DNA from: an uncultured Verrucomicrobiae bacterium
GTDB lineage: Bacteria; Verrucomicrobiota; Verrucomicrobiia; Chthoniobacterales; UBA10450
Reading direction: 5' to 3'
Assembly (NCBI GenBank): GCA_963756875.1
Contig: CAVWPA010000003.1
Location: 1,248,001-1,312,000 of the forward strand
DNA: 64,000 bases
The notes beneath the pieces are model-generated. The model saw only the letters and a list, made by a program, of their open reading frames with translations. It was not told where the DNA came from and searched no databases. Below, piece by piece: positions 39,690 to 50,809 of this stretch; within the stretch, counting starts at the first letter, position 1, and each line of letters starts with the position of its first letter. Position numbers and translations under genes: made by a program.

Positions 39690-41111
39690 CTAGGTCAGCG
39701 GGCCCAGCGGGCGGACCATGCTTTCCTTCCATCGCTGCCAGCGCGAGCGGCGGGCAAATTCCTCCGGAACGATGCGACGGGAGCTTTCCATGTCTTTCGT
39801 CAATACTCTTTCAAGAACAATCGCCGTCGCCGGATCGCGCACGAGTGCGTTCAGTTCGAAGTTTAACCGCATGGAACGCACATCGAGATTCGCGGATCCT
39901 ACCATCAGCCATTCTTCATCCACGAGCGCGACCTTGGCGTGATTAAAACCCGCCTCGTATTCGTAAATCCTCACACCGTAACGCAACAGCTCCTCGTAAT
40001 ACGAACGTCCGATATTGACCAGCATCGGATGATCCGATTTGCCCGCGACCAGCATTCGCACATCGACGCCGCGTGCCGCGGCCAGCTGCAGCGCCGTTAG
40101 AAGAGGCTCGTTCGGACCGAAATAACCCGCCGTTAGCCAGACCCTGCGCTGCGCCGTGTTCAGCATCCAAACCAGCGACATCTCGATCGGATCGTCGGGA
40201 TCGTCCGGGCCATCGGTCATCGGTTGGACGATCAGACACTGCTCGCACTCCGGTGGAGGGTAGTATTCCGGCGCGAGCAGTTTTTCCTGCGTCGCGAAAA
40301 ACCAGTCGTCGGCGAAAATCATCTGGAACTTGCGCACCGCGCCGCCGCGGATCTCGATCTGACGATCGCGCCATGGTCCAATGGCCGGATCTTCGCCCGC
40401 GTAGTCGCGCCCCATGTTCATCCCGCCGACGAAACATCGGTGGCAATCGATAATCTGAAGCTTGCGATGATTTCGAAGCGTAAAGGTCCACTGATTACGG
40501 AATGGATGTGCCGTACGGAACCAGGCGAACTTGCCACCTGCCTCGGTCAGGCGCGTGAAATGGGAACGCCGCAACCCGAAACAGCCGATTGGATCGAGCA
40601 ACAACCGCACTTCCACGCCGCGCTGTGCCGCGGCCACAAGCCGCTCGAGCATGGCATTTCCCCGGGCATCGTCGCGCCAGATATAGAACTCGATGTGTAC
40701 ATGATGTCGCGCCTCGTCGATGCGTTGAGACAGGGCGGCATAAAATTCGACGCCGTCCGCAAGAAGGCGCGTCTCGTCCGCGCAGGATATCGCATACTCA
40801 TTCACTTCCGAAAGCAGCTCGACTTCCGTCCGCTCCTGCTGAGGCAAACTCTCGAGTAACGTCCGGGTGTCGGCGTTAATCCGGCGCTCGCCCCGCCCTC
40901 CGGAGGCATCCATTTCCCGCGTCGCGCGCAACTTTTGTCTGACCAGACGGTCCGTTCCAAAAGCGAAATAGAAAATCGCGCCGCCAAACGGAAACAAAAT
41001 GACGGCCCAGATCCACGCCAGCGTCGAGGCTGGCGGTTTATTGCGCGTTAGAATATGCGGAATGGTCGCCCACGTGAGCAGATATCCAATCCAGAGGTAC
41101 GACCAATGCAT
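39690..41111 (-). CDS. cls: Cardiolipin synthase
   Basis: Two N-terminal TM segments and two HKD motifs (NHRKLQIID, NHAKVALVD). Confidence 0.92.
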   Translation of the reverse strand: MHWSYLWIGYLLTWATIPHILTRNKPPASTLAWIWAVILFPFGGAIFYFAFGTDRLVRQKLRATREMDASGGRGERRINADTRTLLESLPQQERTEVELLSEVNEYAISCADETRLLADGVEFYAALSQRIDEARHHVHIEFYIWRDDARGNAMLERLVAAAQRGVEVRLLLDPIGCFGLRRSHFTRLTEAGGKFAWFRTAHPFRNQWTFTLRNHRKLQIIDCHRCFVGGMNMGRDYAGEDPAIGPWRDRQIEIRGGAVRKFQMIFADDWFFATQEKLLAPEYYPPPECEQCLIVQPMTDGPDDPDDPIEMSLVWMLNTAQRRVWLTAGYFGPNEPLLTALQLAAARGVDVRMLVAGKSDHPMLVNIGRSYYEELLRYGVRIYEYEAGFNHAKVALVDEEWLMVGSANLDVRSMRLNFELNALVRDPATAIVLERVLTKDMESSRRIVPEEFARRSRWQRWKESMVRPLGPLT

Positions 41112-41369
41112 CGGCGCCGAGCATCGCCTACTGCCCCGCTGTCATCCAGTCCATAAAAGAATGAGGTCAGGGCCGTTCGAACGGCCGGTAACCAACAACG
41201 AATATCTTCGTCAACCTCTCCTCTATATAAAGAACTGAAAATCTTAGTATTCTCAGGCGTGTCCGCCAGGGATTTCGAAACTATTTCGCGGCTAAGCCGG
41301 CGCCTGATAACTCAATTAGACGGATCGCTTGCGTAGCCGGTACAAACGCTGCTGCCTTTTAGGTGCAGC

Positions 41370-41741
41370 ATGAACGCGCCTGTCAGAATTTTGGCCGTCG
41401 ACAACGAACCGTCGGTCACCCTTTCCCTGAGATATGTTTTTGACGGGCCGCGATATGAAGTGCTCTGCGTAGACAACGGCAACGCTGCGCTGGCAAAACT
41501 AGGTGCCAGTGTGGATCCGTACGACCTGATTATCGTCGATGAAAAAATGCCGGACCTCACAGGTGTCGAGCTGGTCGGCGCGATGAGGGAACGCCACATT
41601 CCTGGCAAGATCATGGTATTGTCGGCATACCTTTCGCCGGAAATTCGCGAAGCATACGAGCGGATGGATGTGCGCGTCATGTTTGGTAAACCGTTTAACA
41701 TCGACCAACTGCGCTCCGCGGTAGATCGCCTCACCGCCTGA
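41370..41741 (+). CDS. Single-domain response regulator
   Basis: ILAVDNE, DLIIVDEKMPDLTG and KPF motifs. Confidence 0.88.
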   Translation: MNAPVRILAVDNEPSVTLSLRYVFDGPRYEVLCVDNGNAALAKLGASVDPYDLIIVDEKMPDLTGVELVGAMRERHIPGKIMVLSAYLSPEIREAYERMDVRVMFGKPFNIDQLRSAVDRLTA

Positions 41742-41829
41742 CCGAAAATTCTCAGCATTCGTGTCTGCACCGGGACGCGGTTGCTTCAATCTTCGATCTT
41801 CTGGCTTCCATCTGCAGATTTCTCCGTGT

Positions 41830-42780
41830 TCACTCGCCCGCTACAAGCGCGGTAGCCTTCGTCTCATCGCTCACCGCGACGCTGAAATGTTTTCCAATTC
41901 CCGCTGTTCCATCGACCGGCGTCTGGTCGTATATAATCGACCAGGTTCGGTAAGCCGGATCGTACTGCGGATCCGAATGTTCGTATTCGGCAGGATCGTA
42001 GCCGCGCGAGCGAGCGATTGCGTCGGCAAGATTAAGAACGTCCTGTTTCGTTAGGCGCACATTGGCGGTTAGCGACGATCTCATGTGCAATGACCGCGGC
42101 GGCCAAACCAGTAGCCGTAGAGAATTATCGATACCAATCCTGGGCTCGCCTGCGGTTGTCGCACGCCGAGGGCTTGTCACCGCGGACCCTCGCTTGGGCA
42201 GGTTGAGAGCCAAAGGTTGAGACGATTCTGTGATTGTGGATTTGGAACTTGGACCCTGGGCTTTCTCGGCCTCGGCCGAGACCGGTCCTTCTGCCGGTGT
42301 TTCCGGAACGGCTGGCGCGGCCGGTCGATTAGCGATCTCTGACCTCTCGGCTCTGATTTCGGACCTCTGGACTATGGCGCGCCAATGAGCATTTGCGCGG
42401 TAAGGCGCCGGGCCGGTTACCCACCGCGTCATTCGAACGCCGTCGACGAAAATGGCGTGATCCGTTTTGCCCCTCGAATGAACGTTTACCGGTCCGTTAA
42501 ATTTTCCTCGCTCCATGTGACCCCAGTAGCGGGCATAAAGCGCCGGCTCGCCGGAGCCGGTTTCGGTCGGCTCGATTGTGTACCAAGTGAGCGTGCCAAA
42601 CCCGTGGGCATAGCCTTCACCGTCTCGACTACCCGACCATGTCGCTTCGTCACCGGGCTTGGGATAGTTGTTCCAGACGAGCGTCCTGCCATCTTTGGTG
42701 CGTTGATAGGGACCGTTGCCGAACGCCAGATTGGCGAAGGCCAGCAGCATGGCGCAGAAAAAGAGGGGGCGCGCGGCCAC
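41830..42780 (-). CDS. Secreted hypothetical protein
   Basis: Signal peptide and WSG...GYAHGFGTLTW (MORN-like) N-terminal region; start may be near 42750. Confidence 0.6.
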   Translation of the reverse strand: MAARPLFFCAMLLAFANLAFGNGPYQRTKDGRTLVWNNYPKPGDEATWSGSRDGEGYAHGFGTLTWYTIEPTETGSGEPALYARYWGHMERGKFNGPVNVHSRGKTDHAIFVDGVRMTRWVTGPAPYRANAHWRAIVQRSEIRAERSEIANRPAAPAVPETPAEGPVSAEAEKAQGPSSKSTITESSQPLALNLPKRGSAVTSPRRATTAGEPRIGIDNSLRLLVWPPRSLHMRSSLTANVRLTKQDVLNLADAIARSRGYDPAEYEHSDPQYDPAYRTWSIIYDQTPVDGTAGIGKHFSVAVSDETKATALVAGE

Positions 42781-42843
42781 AGCGATGATTGTGACGGAAC
42801 TATCACAAATGACAACTGTCGCGAAGTAACCGAGCGGTGCCGT

Positions 42844-44508
42844 TTACGGAGCAAGTACCGCTTGATAGAAACGCTTGGCGAAATTGCCTGCGTTCGTATC
42901 CACAAATTCCCAGATCGTGCCGGTAAACGTGTGCGTTTGGAGAGGAACCCAATTCACCAGGTCGGTCGACGCCATGACAGTTACATCCTGGCCGGGAAAG
43001 GCGTGGACGTCGAAGTCCAGCACGCCGCCGCTGAGCATGAGCGAAGCCGCGTCGATGGACGGCGCCTGGAGGCTGGGCGTAACGGTCAGCGGTTGCGGAG
43101 CGTAAAGGTAGCGTGTGCGTCCGCCGTCGTTTACTCGTGCGAAAACCGAATAGGTGCCGGGCGGCACGGCGGCCGCGTTTACGGTCGCATTTGGCGCATT
43201 GAGCGAGACCGCGCTGGTTCCCGTCTTCGGCAGCGTCTGTTCATCCACTTCGATTTCGTTGCCGTTGTACGGATTGTAATCCACATCGAGAAAAATCCCG
43301 AGATCAATCTCCCCGGTTGGGCTTGCCCCCGCTTGATAGTAGAGCGTGGCGTCAAAAGATTCGCCCGCGGAGATCGTATTCGTGTTCCCGAGCCCAAAAA
43401 GAATTGCGTCCGGCCACAAGCCTGCATTCGCCGGTAACGCCATGCGGTTGGCCGCCACGCCGCCGCCCAGATCCCAGTTCGTGTTGAAACCGTCACTGAT
43501 CCTTCCGTTGCCGGCGCCGGCGGGCGCCACGTTGCTGAGCCGATCGCCTCCGCCGATCAAGCTATAATAAAAACCGGCGGCCGCGCCCGACATCTCCGTC
43601 GATGTCCACCACGTGCTGCGTTGGGTCGCGGTGATCGTCGCCTGCGTATCGCTCGCCGGCGTGGCCAGATCGATCGTGCCATGATACCAGAGATGAACGT
43701 CGCTGTGGCTGGACGAATAGCCGCCGTTCAGATCCAGCAACTTCCGGTTGTAAGCGCCGAAGACCGATTGGCCGTTAGGCACGATGATGCCGTCACCCAT
43801 GTCCTGCCAAAAATTGTCCGCGTAGAGCACGTTCGTCCAGCTCGTCACGGCAGGGTCACCGAACGCTGCAACCGGCCGCGGATCAAGCGTCGTAACCTGG
43901 TCAACCCAGATCCCTTCGGCCCCGAGCAATCGGGCCATTTCCGTCACAACCGACCCGCCGCGACTGTGACCGATCAAATGGAGGGGTAGCTCTACGAGCG
44001 GCCGGCCGCCCATTTCCGGAATCAAATTCGTCGCGAGCAGCGCATTCACCGCCGTTTGTGCAACCGTCGTCGTAGAGGCCCCGCCAAAGCTCGATAGCGT
44101 GGACCAATCCAGCTTCACGACAATCTCTCCGGAATCGCTCAGCAGAGGAGGCACTCCGGAAAGAAAAGTCGCCGCGGCGACGTATTGCCTGGAACCATTC
44201 CGCGTGATGGAAATCTCGTAGCAAGTGTAGGTGGTGCCGGGAAATCCCGGATACGCTCCAATTTTTCCCGCCATCGGAATGATCCAGTCGGTTACGTTCG
44301 AGTTGAAACCGTGCGTGATCACCGTAACGCCGCCCGCAGTGACAAAGCCGCTCGAACAAAGTGCCAGCAGGAGCGCGCCGAAGAAGCAGCGCAACTGCTT
44401 GTTGAATGCTAACGCCTCCCCAGCGGTGAATATTTTATTCGAGGAGAAGCCAGCGCAATCCACAACTGCGCAAGTTGTAACAGAACGGCGAAAGAAAAAT
44501 CGAGGCAA
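42844..44508 (-). CDS. Secreted alpha/beta-hydrolase-like protein with C-terminal sorting-like domain
   Basis: ITHGF, HLIGHSRGG (GxSxG), TTLDP; tail ASTDLVNW...FVD...RFYQA. True start probably further downstream. Confidence 0.7.
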   Translation of the reverse strand: MPRFFFRRSVTTCAVVDCAGFSSNKIFTAGEALAFNKQLRCFFGALLLALCSSGFVTAGGVTVITHGFNSNVTDWIIPMAGKIGAYPGFPGTTYTCYEISITRNGSRQYVAAATFLSGVPPLLSDSGEIVVKLDWSTLSSFGGASTTTVAQTAVNALLATNLIPEMGGRPLVELPLHLIGHSRGGSVVTEMARLLGAEGIWVDQVTTLDPRPVAAFGDPAVTSWTNVLYADNFWQDMGDGIIVPNGQSVFGAYNRKLLDLNGGYSSSHSDVHLWYHGTIDLATPASDTQATITATQRSTWWTSTEMSGAAAGFYYSLIGGGDRLSNVAPAGAGNGRISDGFNTNWDLGGGVAANRMALPANAGLWPDAILFGLGNTNTISAGESFDATLYYQAGASPTGEIDLGIFLDVDYNPYNGNEIEVDEQTLPKTGTSAVSLNAPNATVNAAAVPPGTYSVFARVNDGGRTRYLYAPQPLTVTPSLQAPSIDAASLMLSGGVLDFDVHAFPGQDVTVMASTDLVNWVPLQTHTFTGTIWEFVDTNAGNFAKRFYQAVLAP

Positions 44509-44607
44509 AAGCAGTCGGCGCTTGCTTAAAACTCACGGCCCCCCCGTGACGTCTGACATCCGACCTCTGACTTGGGAGTTGGGCGTTAGCTTAAACCTGC
44601 CGTTCGA

Positions 44608-45210
44608 TCAGGCCGGACGCACCATTTCGAATCGATCGCGAGTGCGGCAATACCAGTTCGGACCGGCCATGCGCCCAATCACATGGAAACGCTCGGTTCG
44701 AATGCGCAATTTGGCCGGGTCGATCAATTCGTCGCGCACGTGCACGCGTCTGACCAATCCGATGACAACTCGATTCCCACCGATTTCGAGCGTGCCCCAT
44801 TCCTTACATTCGAGGCTGGCTGGAGCTTCCCCGATCCGCGGCGGCCCCACGACTGATGATGCTACTGCGGTTAGTTGCGCGTTCTCCAGTTCGCTCGCCC
44901 CATACGGAAGCGACGCCGCGGTTCGGTTCATTGCCTCCGCTGTTGCTTCATCGACGAGGTTCACCACGAATTCGTGCGTTCGGCGGATGTTACGCGCCGT
45001 GTCTTTCGGCGATCCGTCGTCGCGGTCGCCGGGAGCGAATCCGATGATCGGTGGATTTCCGCCCAGCGCATTAAAAAAACTGAACGGCGCCGCGTTAACC
45101 GCGCCGTTTTCATTCAGCGTCGTCACCCACGCGATAGGTCGCGGGGTAATGAGAGAGACGAGCATCGCATAACCGCGGCTGGCATGTTTGCCTTCCATGT
45201 CGAGTTCCAT
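44608..45210 (-). CDS. Flavin reductase family protein
   Basis: PRPIAWVTT, NAAPFSFFN and KDTARNI motifs. Confidence 0.9.
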   Translation of the reverse strand: MELDMEGKHASRGYAMLVSLITPRPIAWVTTLNENGAVNAAPFSFFNALGGNPPIIGFAPGDRDDGSPKDTARNIRRTHEFVVNLVDEATAEAMNRTAASLPYGASELENAQLTAVASSVVGPPRIGEAPASLECKEWGTLEIGGNRVVIGLVRRVHVRDELIDPAKLRIRTERFHVIGRMAGPNWYCRTRDRFEMVRPA

Positions 45211-45438
45211 CCAAATAGATACGTGAACAAACGGATTTGAAAACAGGCCGAGTTGCGATTCAAGCAAATCGCCTCAACAGAGCGAGGCAGCTTGTATCTA
45301 CAGCCGACTTCTGATTCCGGCGTTCGACGTTGAGTGCCTGCTCGCGAAAGCTTTCGGGTTCGGCGGTTTCTTCTGCTCTTACACTTCGCTCTTCGCCGTC
45401 CCAGCCGGCAGCCGCATTCAGTTCTGCTATGTTCCCAT

Positions 45439-46635
45439 ATGCGGTTCATCCTCGCGTTGATTGGAATTATGTTCGCACTCGACGCCCTGTTTTGGGTGGC
45501 CGCCGCGCGAATTGCCAGGCCCGTTGCCGCGCGCATCGCCATAGCCGTTTTCAGCCTGGCTCAATTAACGGGCCTGGCCTGGCTGCTGACTCAACGCTTT
45601 TCTCATGCGGAATCGACTGCAGTATTCCTCAAGTTCGCGATCGCGGCCGTGTTTATCTGGCACATGATCATCCTGCCTCTGCTTCTTCTGCTGGCAGTTG
45701 CGCTGCTGCCGATTCTCGCCGCGGCGGCTGTCCTCCGGATAGCTCGACGTCGCCAGAGAAATTCCAGCGCGGTTCCACCCGATACGAGCGGAGCACTAAG
45801 TCGGCGGCGATTTCTCGGGGTCGCTCTCGCCACGGCGCCGCCATTGCTGGACCTGAGCCTTGCTACGATTGCGGTGCGGCAACTCAATCATTTTCGCGTT
45901 CGCCGGTTCATCCTGCCCATTGCTGGTTTGCCGGGCGATCTTCACGGGTTAACCATCGCCCAGGTCAGCGATATGCATGTGGGCCGGTTTACGTCCGGCC
46001 GCGTTCTGCGCGAGATGGTCCGGCTCGTTAACGATTTCCGCGCCGATCTCGTCCTGCTTACCGGTGACTTGATTAACGACGCCCTCGCTGACCTGGCCGA
46101 TGGTCTTGAGCTGGTAAGGTCAATGGAAGCCCGGTTCGGTCTTTACCTGATCGAAGGGAATCACGACCTGATCGAGAACGGTGCGGAATTCGAACGTCGG
46201 GTGAAACAATCGGGCATTCCGTTTCTCCTGGACGAGTCGGCCATCCTGACGGTTCGTGGGATGCCGGTGCAGCTGCTTGGACTAAGCTGGACACGCGCGT
46301 GGAAAAATAGAGATGCGGCGATTGCCGCCGCGGTGCACCGGCTCATGATCCAGCGGCAGCCGGAGACTTTTCCCATCCTTCTGGCACATCATCCGCATGC
46401 CTTCGATGCAGCAGCGGAGTCGTTGGTCCCGCTGACGCTTTCCGGCCATACGCATGGCGGGCAGTTGATGTTAAACGATCAATGCGGGTTTGGACCGGCG
46501 CTGTTTCGGTATTGGTCTGGCCTTTACACCAGAGGCGCGAGCAAACTGATCGTTTCAAACGGAGTAGGCAATTGGTTTCCGCTACGGGTGCGCGCGCCGG
46601 CGGAACTCGTGCATCTCACGTTAGTGCGAACGTAG
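45439..46635 (+). CDS. Membrane-bound metallophosphoesterase
   Basis: SDMH, TGD, GNHD, LAHHP and SGHTHGGQ motifs. Confidence 0.9.
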   Translation: MRFILALIGIMFALDALFWVAAARIARPVAARIAIAVFSLAQLTGLAWLLTQRFSHAESTAVFLKFAIAAVFIWHMIILPLLLLLAVALLPILAAAAVLRIARRRQRNSSAVPPDTSGALSRRRFLGVALATAPPLLDLSLATIAVRQLNHFRVRRFILPIAGLPGDLHGLTIAQVSDMHVGRFTSGRVLREMVRLVNDFRADLVLLTGDLINDALADLADGLELVRSMEARFGLYLIEGNHDLIENGAEFERRVKQSGIPFLLDESAILTVRGMPVQLLGLSWTRAWKNRDAAIAAAVHRLMIQRQPETFPILLAHHPHAFDAAAESLVPLTLSGHTHGGQLMLNDQCGFGPALFRYWSGLYTRGASKLIVSNGVGNWFPLRVRAPAELVHLTLVRT

Positions 46636-46732
46636 ATTGCCGCCTGCATCTTCCGACATCTGACATCAGATCTCTGACTTCGCCGTTCGGCGTTTTCTTT
46701 GCCGTTTTCCCTTCGCTCTTACCGCTTAGCTC

Positions 46733-47845
46733 CTAGCTCCCGAATGCTTCCTTATTCACCACATACGGCATCTTCGTCGGATCCCCGCCGTAATTCCCTT
46801 CCAGCACATCGATCACTCCCTGCACCGTGCGTCCCGCCATGCCTTTGTCGGGATCGACTGAAAGCCGCGTAATCTTCCCGCCACTGGCGAAATGATGGAA
46901 CAGCCGCGTGCGATCTGCAATTTCCGGATCGAGCAGCGGCGAATCCGGTGGCAGCGGTTCTCTTTCGAAGACGTCCAGCGCCGCTCCGGCGATGACTTTG
47001 TCTTTCAACGCTTTGGCCAGCGCCTTCTCGTCCACAACCGGGCCGCGCGAGGTATTCACCAGGTACGCCGTCGGCTTCATCAGTTTGAGCGTCTTCTCGT
47101 TGATAAAGTGGTATGTCGGCTTGTCGGTTTCGATCTCGAGCAACAACGGCACGTGGATACTCACGTAATCGGCGCCGCGCAGTGCTTCCTCGAGCTCCAC
47201 GTACTTGATCCAGGTCCTTTCCTTCTGAATTCCCCTGGCGTGACGCAGGTCCATCACTTCCTGGATGGCGGCAATGTACTGGTCATTATGATATGCCGGG
47301 TCGTAGCACAGGATGTTCATATCCAAACCCGAGCACTTCTTGATCATCGCCAGGCCGATGCGTCCGGTGCCGATGATGCCGATGGTCTTGCCCGTGACTT
47401 CGTCGCCAAGGAACGGCAGGAACGGGTGCCACGATGGCCATTTTTGTTCCCGCACCAGACGCTCACTCGCAAACATCTTGCGCGCCAGCACGCCGAGCAT
47501 GAAAAAACCGAACTCGGCCGTCGCTTCGGTGAGCACGTCGGCCGTGTGCGTGAATGGGACTTTGTACTTGTTGGCGGCGGCGCGATCAATGTTGTCGAAC
47601 CCGACCGCGATCTGCGCCACGACCTTTAGCGTGCCTTTACCCGCTTCGAAACTCTCCGCGTCGATGGGATCGCGGAGCGTAGTGATCAAGGCGTCGATGC
47701 CACTCTTCACTTTCTCGATGATCAATTTCTTCGGCGGCGCCTCCGGCCCTTCGAAGACCTCGAGCTCGTAACCGCGCTCGCGAAGACGGTTCTCCGCAGG
47801 ATCCCCAATGTGCGCGGTGGCAAAGATTCGTTTCTTGTCAGTCAT
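46733..47845 (-). CDS. D-2-hydroxyacid (glycerate/glyoxylate) dehydrogenase
   Basis: AVGFDNID, GIIGTGRIG, NTSRGPVVDE and LDVFEREP motifs. Confidence 0.9.
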   Translation of the reverse strand: MTDKKRIFATAHIGDPAENRLRERGYELEVFEGPEAPPKKLIIEKVKSGIDALITTLRDPIDAESFEAGKGTLKVVAQIAVGFDNIDRAAANKYKVPFTHTADVLTEATAEFGFFMLGVLARKMFASERLVREQKWPSWHPFLPFLGDEVTGKTIGIIGTGRIGLAMIKKCSGLDMNILCYDPAYHNDQYIAAIQEVMDLRHARGIQKERTWIKYVELEEALRGADYVSIHVPLLLEIETDKPTYHFINEKTLKLMKPTAYLVNTSRGPVVDEKALAKALKDKVIAGAALDVFEREPLPPDSPLLDPEIADRTRLFHHFASGGKITRLSVDPDKGMAGRTVQGVIDVLEGNYGGDPTKMPYVVNKEAFGS

Positions 47846-48087
47846 GATTTAAGAAATGGAATCGACAGAATAGACGCGGCTTTCGCATTTTGGCTATTCG
47901 ATTGAAACCGATTCCCCGGTCATCTCTCAACTCTCAACTAAATATCCTTATCCGTTATCCGTTATCAGCTATTGGCTATTAGTAAACGCGGCTCCGCGAT
48001 TTTGGCCAACAGAACCGCGGATTTCGCGGATGACAACACTCGCAATGGAGGCCGATCAAGACGGATCCGCAATCCGCACTCCGCAAT

Positions 48088-49273
48088 TTACAAATGTTTC
48101 TTCGTCCAGTCGTCGACGCGATCAAGCGCTTTCTCGATGTTTTCGATCGAATTCGCAACGCTGAAGCGCACATAGCCCTCGCCGAAGGCGCCGAAAGAAG
48201 TCCCGGACAGCGCGGCGACACCCACGTCGTCGAGCAACGCGTTCGCCAGTTTCTGCGATGGCCAACCGGTACCGGTGATGTTCGGGAAAACGTAGAACGC
48301 GCCCTTGGGCAAACGGCAGGAGAAACCTTTTATCTTATTAAGACCCGCCACCATGATGTCGCGCCGTTTCTTGAACTCGGCGCACATCGCTTCGACCGAG
48401 CCCTGCGGTCCGCGGAGCGCCTCGACGCCCGCGACCTGCGTGAAGCTCGCTGTGCAGGAATTGGAGTTCGTCATCAGCCGGGAGATGTGCGTCGCCAGAT
48501 CGGCGCGCATCACGCCGTATCCCATCCGCCAACCGGTCATGGCATACGTCTTGGAAAAACCGTCGAGCAAAATGCAGCGGTCCTTCATCCCGTCGAGCGA
48601 CATGATGGACTGATGCTCGCCCTCGAAGATGAGCCGGCTGTAGATCTCGTCAGTGAGATACCATGATGTCGCGATCGCCGATCGCGCGCGCGATCTCTTC
48701 CAGATCCTTTTTCGTCAACACGCCGCCGGTGGGATTTTGCGGCGAATTCAGGATGATCAGTTTTGTGCGGTCGTTGATCAACCCGGCGAGCTCGCCGACG
48801 TCGAGCCGGAAATCCATCTCCTCGCGCAACCGAATCGGCACCGGTTTCGCGCCGAGGAAATTAATCATCGACTCGTAAATCGGGAATCCGGGATTGGGAT
48901 AAATGACCTCATCTCCTTCCTCGACCAGCGCGAGGATGGTGAAAAAGATGATCGGCTTACCGCCCGGGACAACGACCACTTCTTCGGGCGTCGCGTTTAC
49001 CCGGCGCGTCTCACTCACGTATTGAGCGATGGTCTCGCGCAGTTTCGGCATGCCGGCCGAAGGCCCGTAATGGGTGAATCCCTTGTGCAACGCGTCGCAA
49101 GCTGCGTCGATAATGTTGCCCGGCGTATCGAAATCGGGCTCACCGATCTCCAGATGAACGATGTCGCGCCCCTTCGCCTCCAGCGCTTTCGCTTTCACCA
49201 GCACTTCGAAAGCGGTCTCGGTGCCGAGACGCGCCATGCGCCTGGCGAGGTGGAGTTCCGAAGCCTTGTTCAT
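48088..49273 (-). CDS. PLP-dependent aminotransferase class I/II (frameshift near 48655)
   Basis: GEPDF, NSPQNPTG, DEIY and GFSKTYAMTGWRMG, spread over two frames. Confidence 0.9.
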
Positions 49274-49417
49274 AATGGTGAGACCAGCAACAGACCACAT
49301 GGATCAGCCATGATCAAAACCTTTCAGATTCCTGCTCTTTTCAACCTCCCCGCTTTATCCTTTCCAAAGTTGCAGCGAAGATGCGGCCGCGCGCGCAGAT
49401 CCCGTCCATCTCCGCGA

Positions 49418-49795
49418 CTAGACGGAGGCATCTGCCTGCAGAAGCCAGTCGCGAGCCGCCTCCGCCTCCGCGTTGGCGAAAAAGCGCACCCGATGATGCA
49501 AAAGCGGCACGATCAGCCGCATTCCGTCGGCGATCCATGGGACATCGGAAACCATGGCAATGCGTCGCCAGGCATTCCAATTAGAAATATCAAGTTTGGT
49601 GTCCTCCCACATCGCTGCCACGCTGATCCCGGTGAAATCCGGGCCGAGTTGATAATAGAGGCTGAGATGCTTGTGCTTCTTGAGCTTCGCTTCGATGGCC
49701 GGCCACACCACGGAACGGAAATCGTCAGCCATTACTTTCCCCACTCCTGAAATAGCCAGTATCTCTTCCGGGAAACCTGAAAGTATTCGTATCAT
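49418..49795 (-). CDS. STAS/SEC14 (SpoIIAA-like) domain protein
   Basis: GKVMADDF, AMWED, RIAMVSDVPW and ARDWL. Confidence 0.8.
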   Translation of the reverse strand: MIRILSGFPEEILAISGVGKVMADDFRSVVWPAIEAKLKKHKHLSLYYQLGPDFTGISVAAMWEDTKLDISNWNAWRRIAMVSDVPWIADGMRLIVPLLHHRVRFFANAEAEAARDWLLQADASV

Positions 49796-49883
49796 GGTAT
49801 TCTCCCTCTGAAAAATAACCGCTTTCTGCCCTGCGGGCCAGTTTGGCTGACTAGTTTGGAGTATATGAAACTGCGCCGAAACG

Positions 49884-50579
49884 TCAGCCGCCGAGCCAGC
49901 TGAACGCGCGGGCGACGTATGGCTTTGCATCTTTTCCGACGCAGACGCCATGAGCGAGGATCAGCTTATCGAAATCCCATGACAGCAACCTTTCGAGTGA
50001 TCGCCTTGCCAGGTCACGGTTGGTGAAAGAAAGCCGAATATCCAATGGCACGCCTCCCTGCGGATAGGCGACTCCGGCCAGTTTGAGGAGCGCATTGCGC
50101 AGCGGCCTGCCCTTCGCCAACGGATGATTTTGGATGAAATCACCGAAGATAACCGTGCGCGACTTTTTGTGAAAAAAATAGACCTCCTCAACGAAACAGT
50201 TACCTCTGAAAACGAGTTGATCGAAGTCATCCGCCCAGCCTGCAGGCGGTTTATCCCCCAGGGTACCAGCGAAGGGCAAGCGCTTGAACTCATTTGGTAT
50301 CTGAGGAGGCGACCACAGTTCTGCGTCGGGAAATAGCTGGTGCCACGATTTCAGTCGCCAGACGTGCAGCTTGGTGGGAGCGACAAGGTATCTCACCGGC
50401 CCCGACCCCGTAATGCGATCGAGCACATCGGACGGCACGGACACAGGCGAATTCACCCAGATTGACCGGTCGCCGAGCTGTACGACGATCATGCGAGTGG
50501 GAAACGGAATACCGACGGCGCGAACAGTGGCACCGTCAACGATCCAAACATTTTCGGCAAAAGGCTGGAGCCAAACCAT
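49884..50579 (-). CDS. DUF4336 domain protein
   Basis: TRMIVVQL, YLVAPTKLH, EVYFFH and WDFDKLILAHG. Confidence 0.8.
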   Translation of the reverse strand: MVWLQPFAENVWIVDGATVRAVGIPFPTRMIVVQLGDRSIWVNSPVSVPSDVLDRITGSGPVRYLVAPTKLHVWRLKSWHQLFPDAELWSPPQIPNEFKRLPFAGTLGDKPPAGWADDFDQLVFRGNCFVEEVYFFHKKSRTVIFGDFIQNHPLAKGRPLRNALLKLAGVAYPQGGVPLDIRLSFTNRDLARRSLERLLSWDFDKLILAHGVCVGKDAKPYVARAFSWLGG

Positions 50580-50809
50580 AGACGCTTTTCTTTCTGATGT
50601 TATTACATCCTGCGCGCAGTGACGTCGAATCGGAACTCAGCACTGGGAATTTGCGCATGGGCCCAAGATTCGTCTGGGCTGGGTCGTGGCGCTCTAACAA
50701 CTTCTCGCAAATTTCGTGCAGCCATTCTGGATGCTGCCGGTTTTCGTTGTGCATGATCGTAAGTCGCTTGCGAGGCACGAGACAGACGATATCGGAGAAT
50801 CGGCGTGGG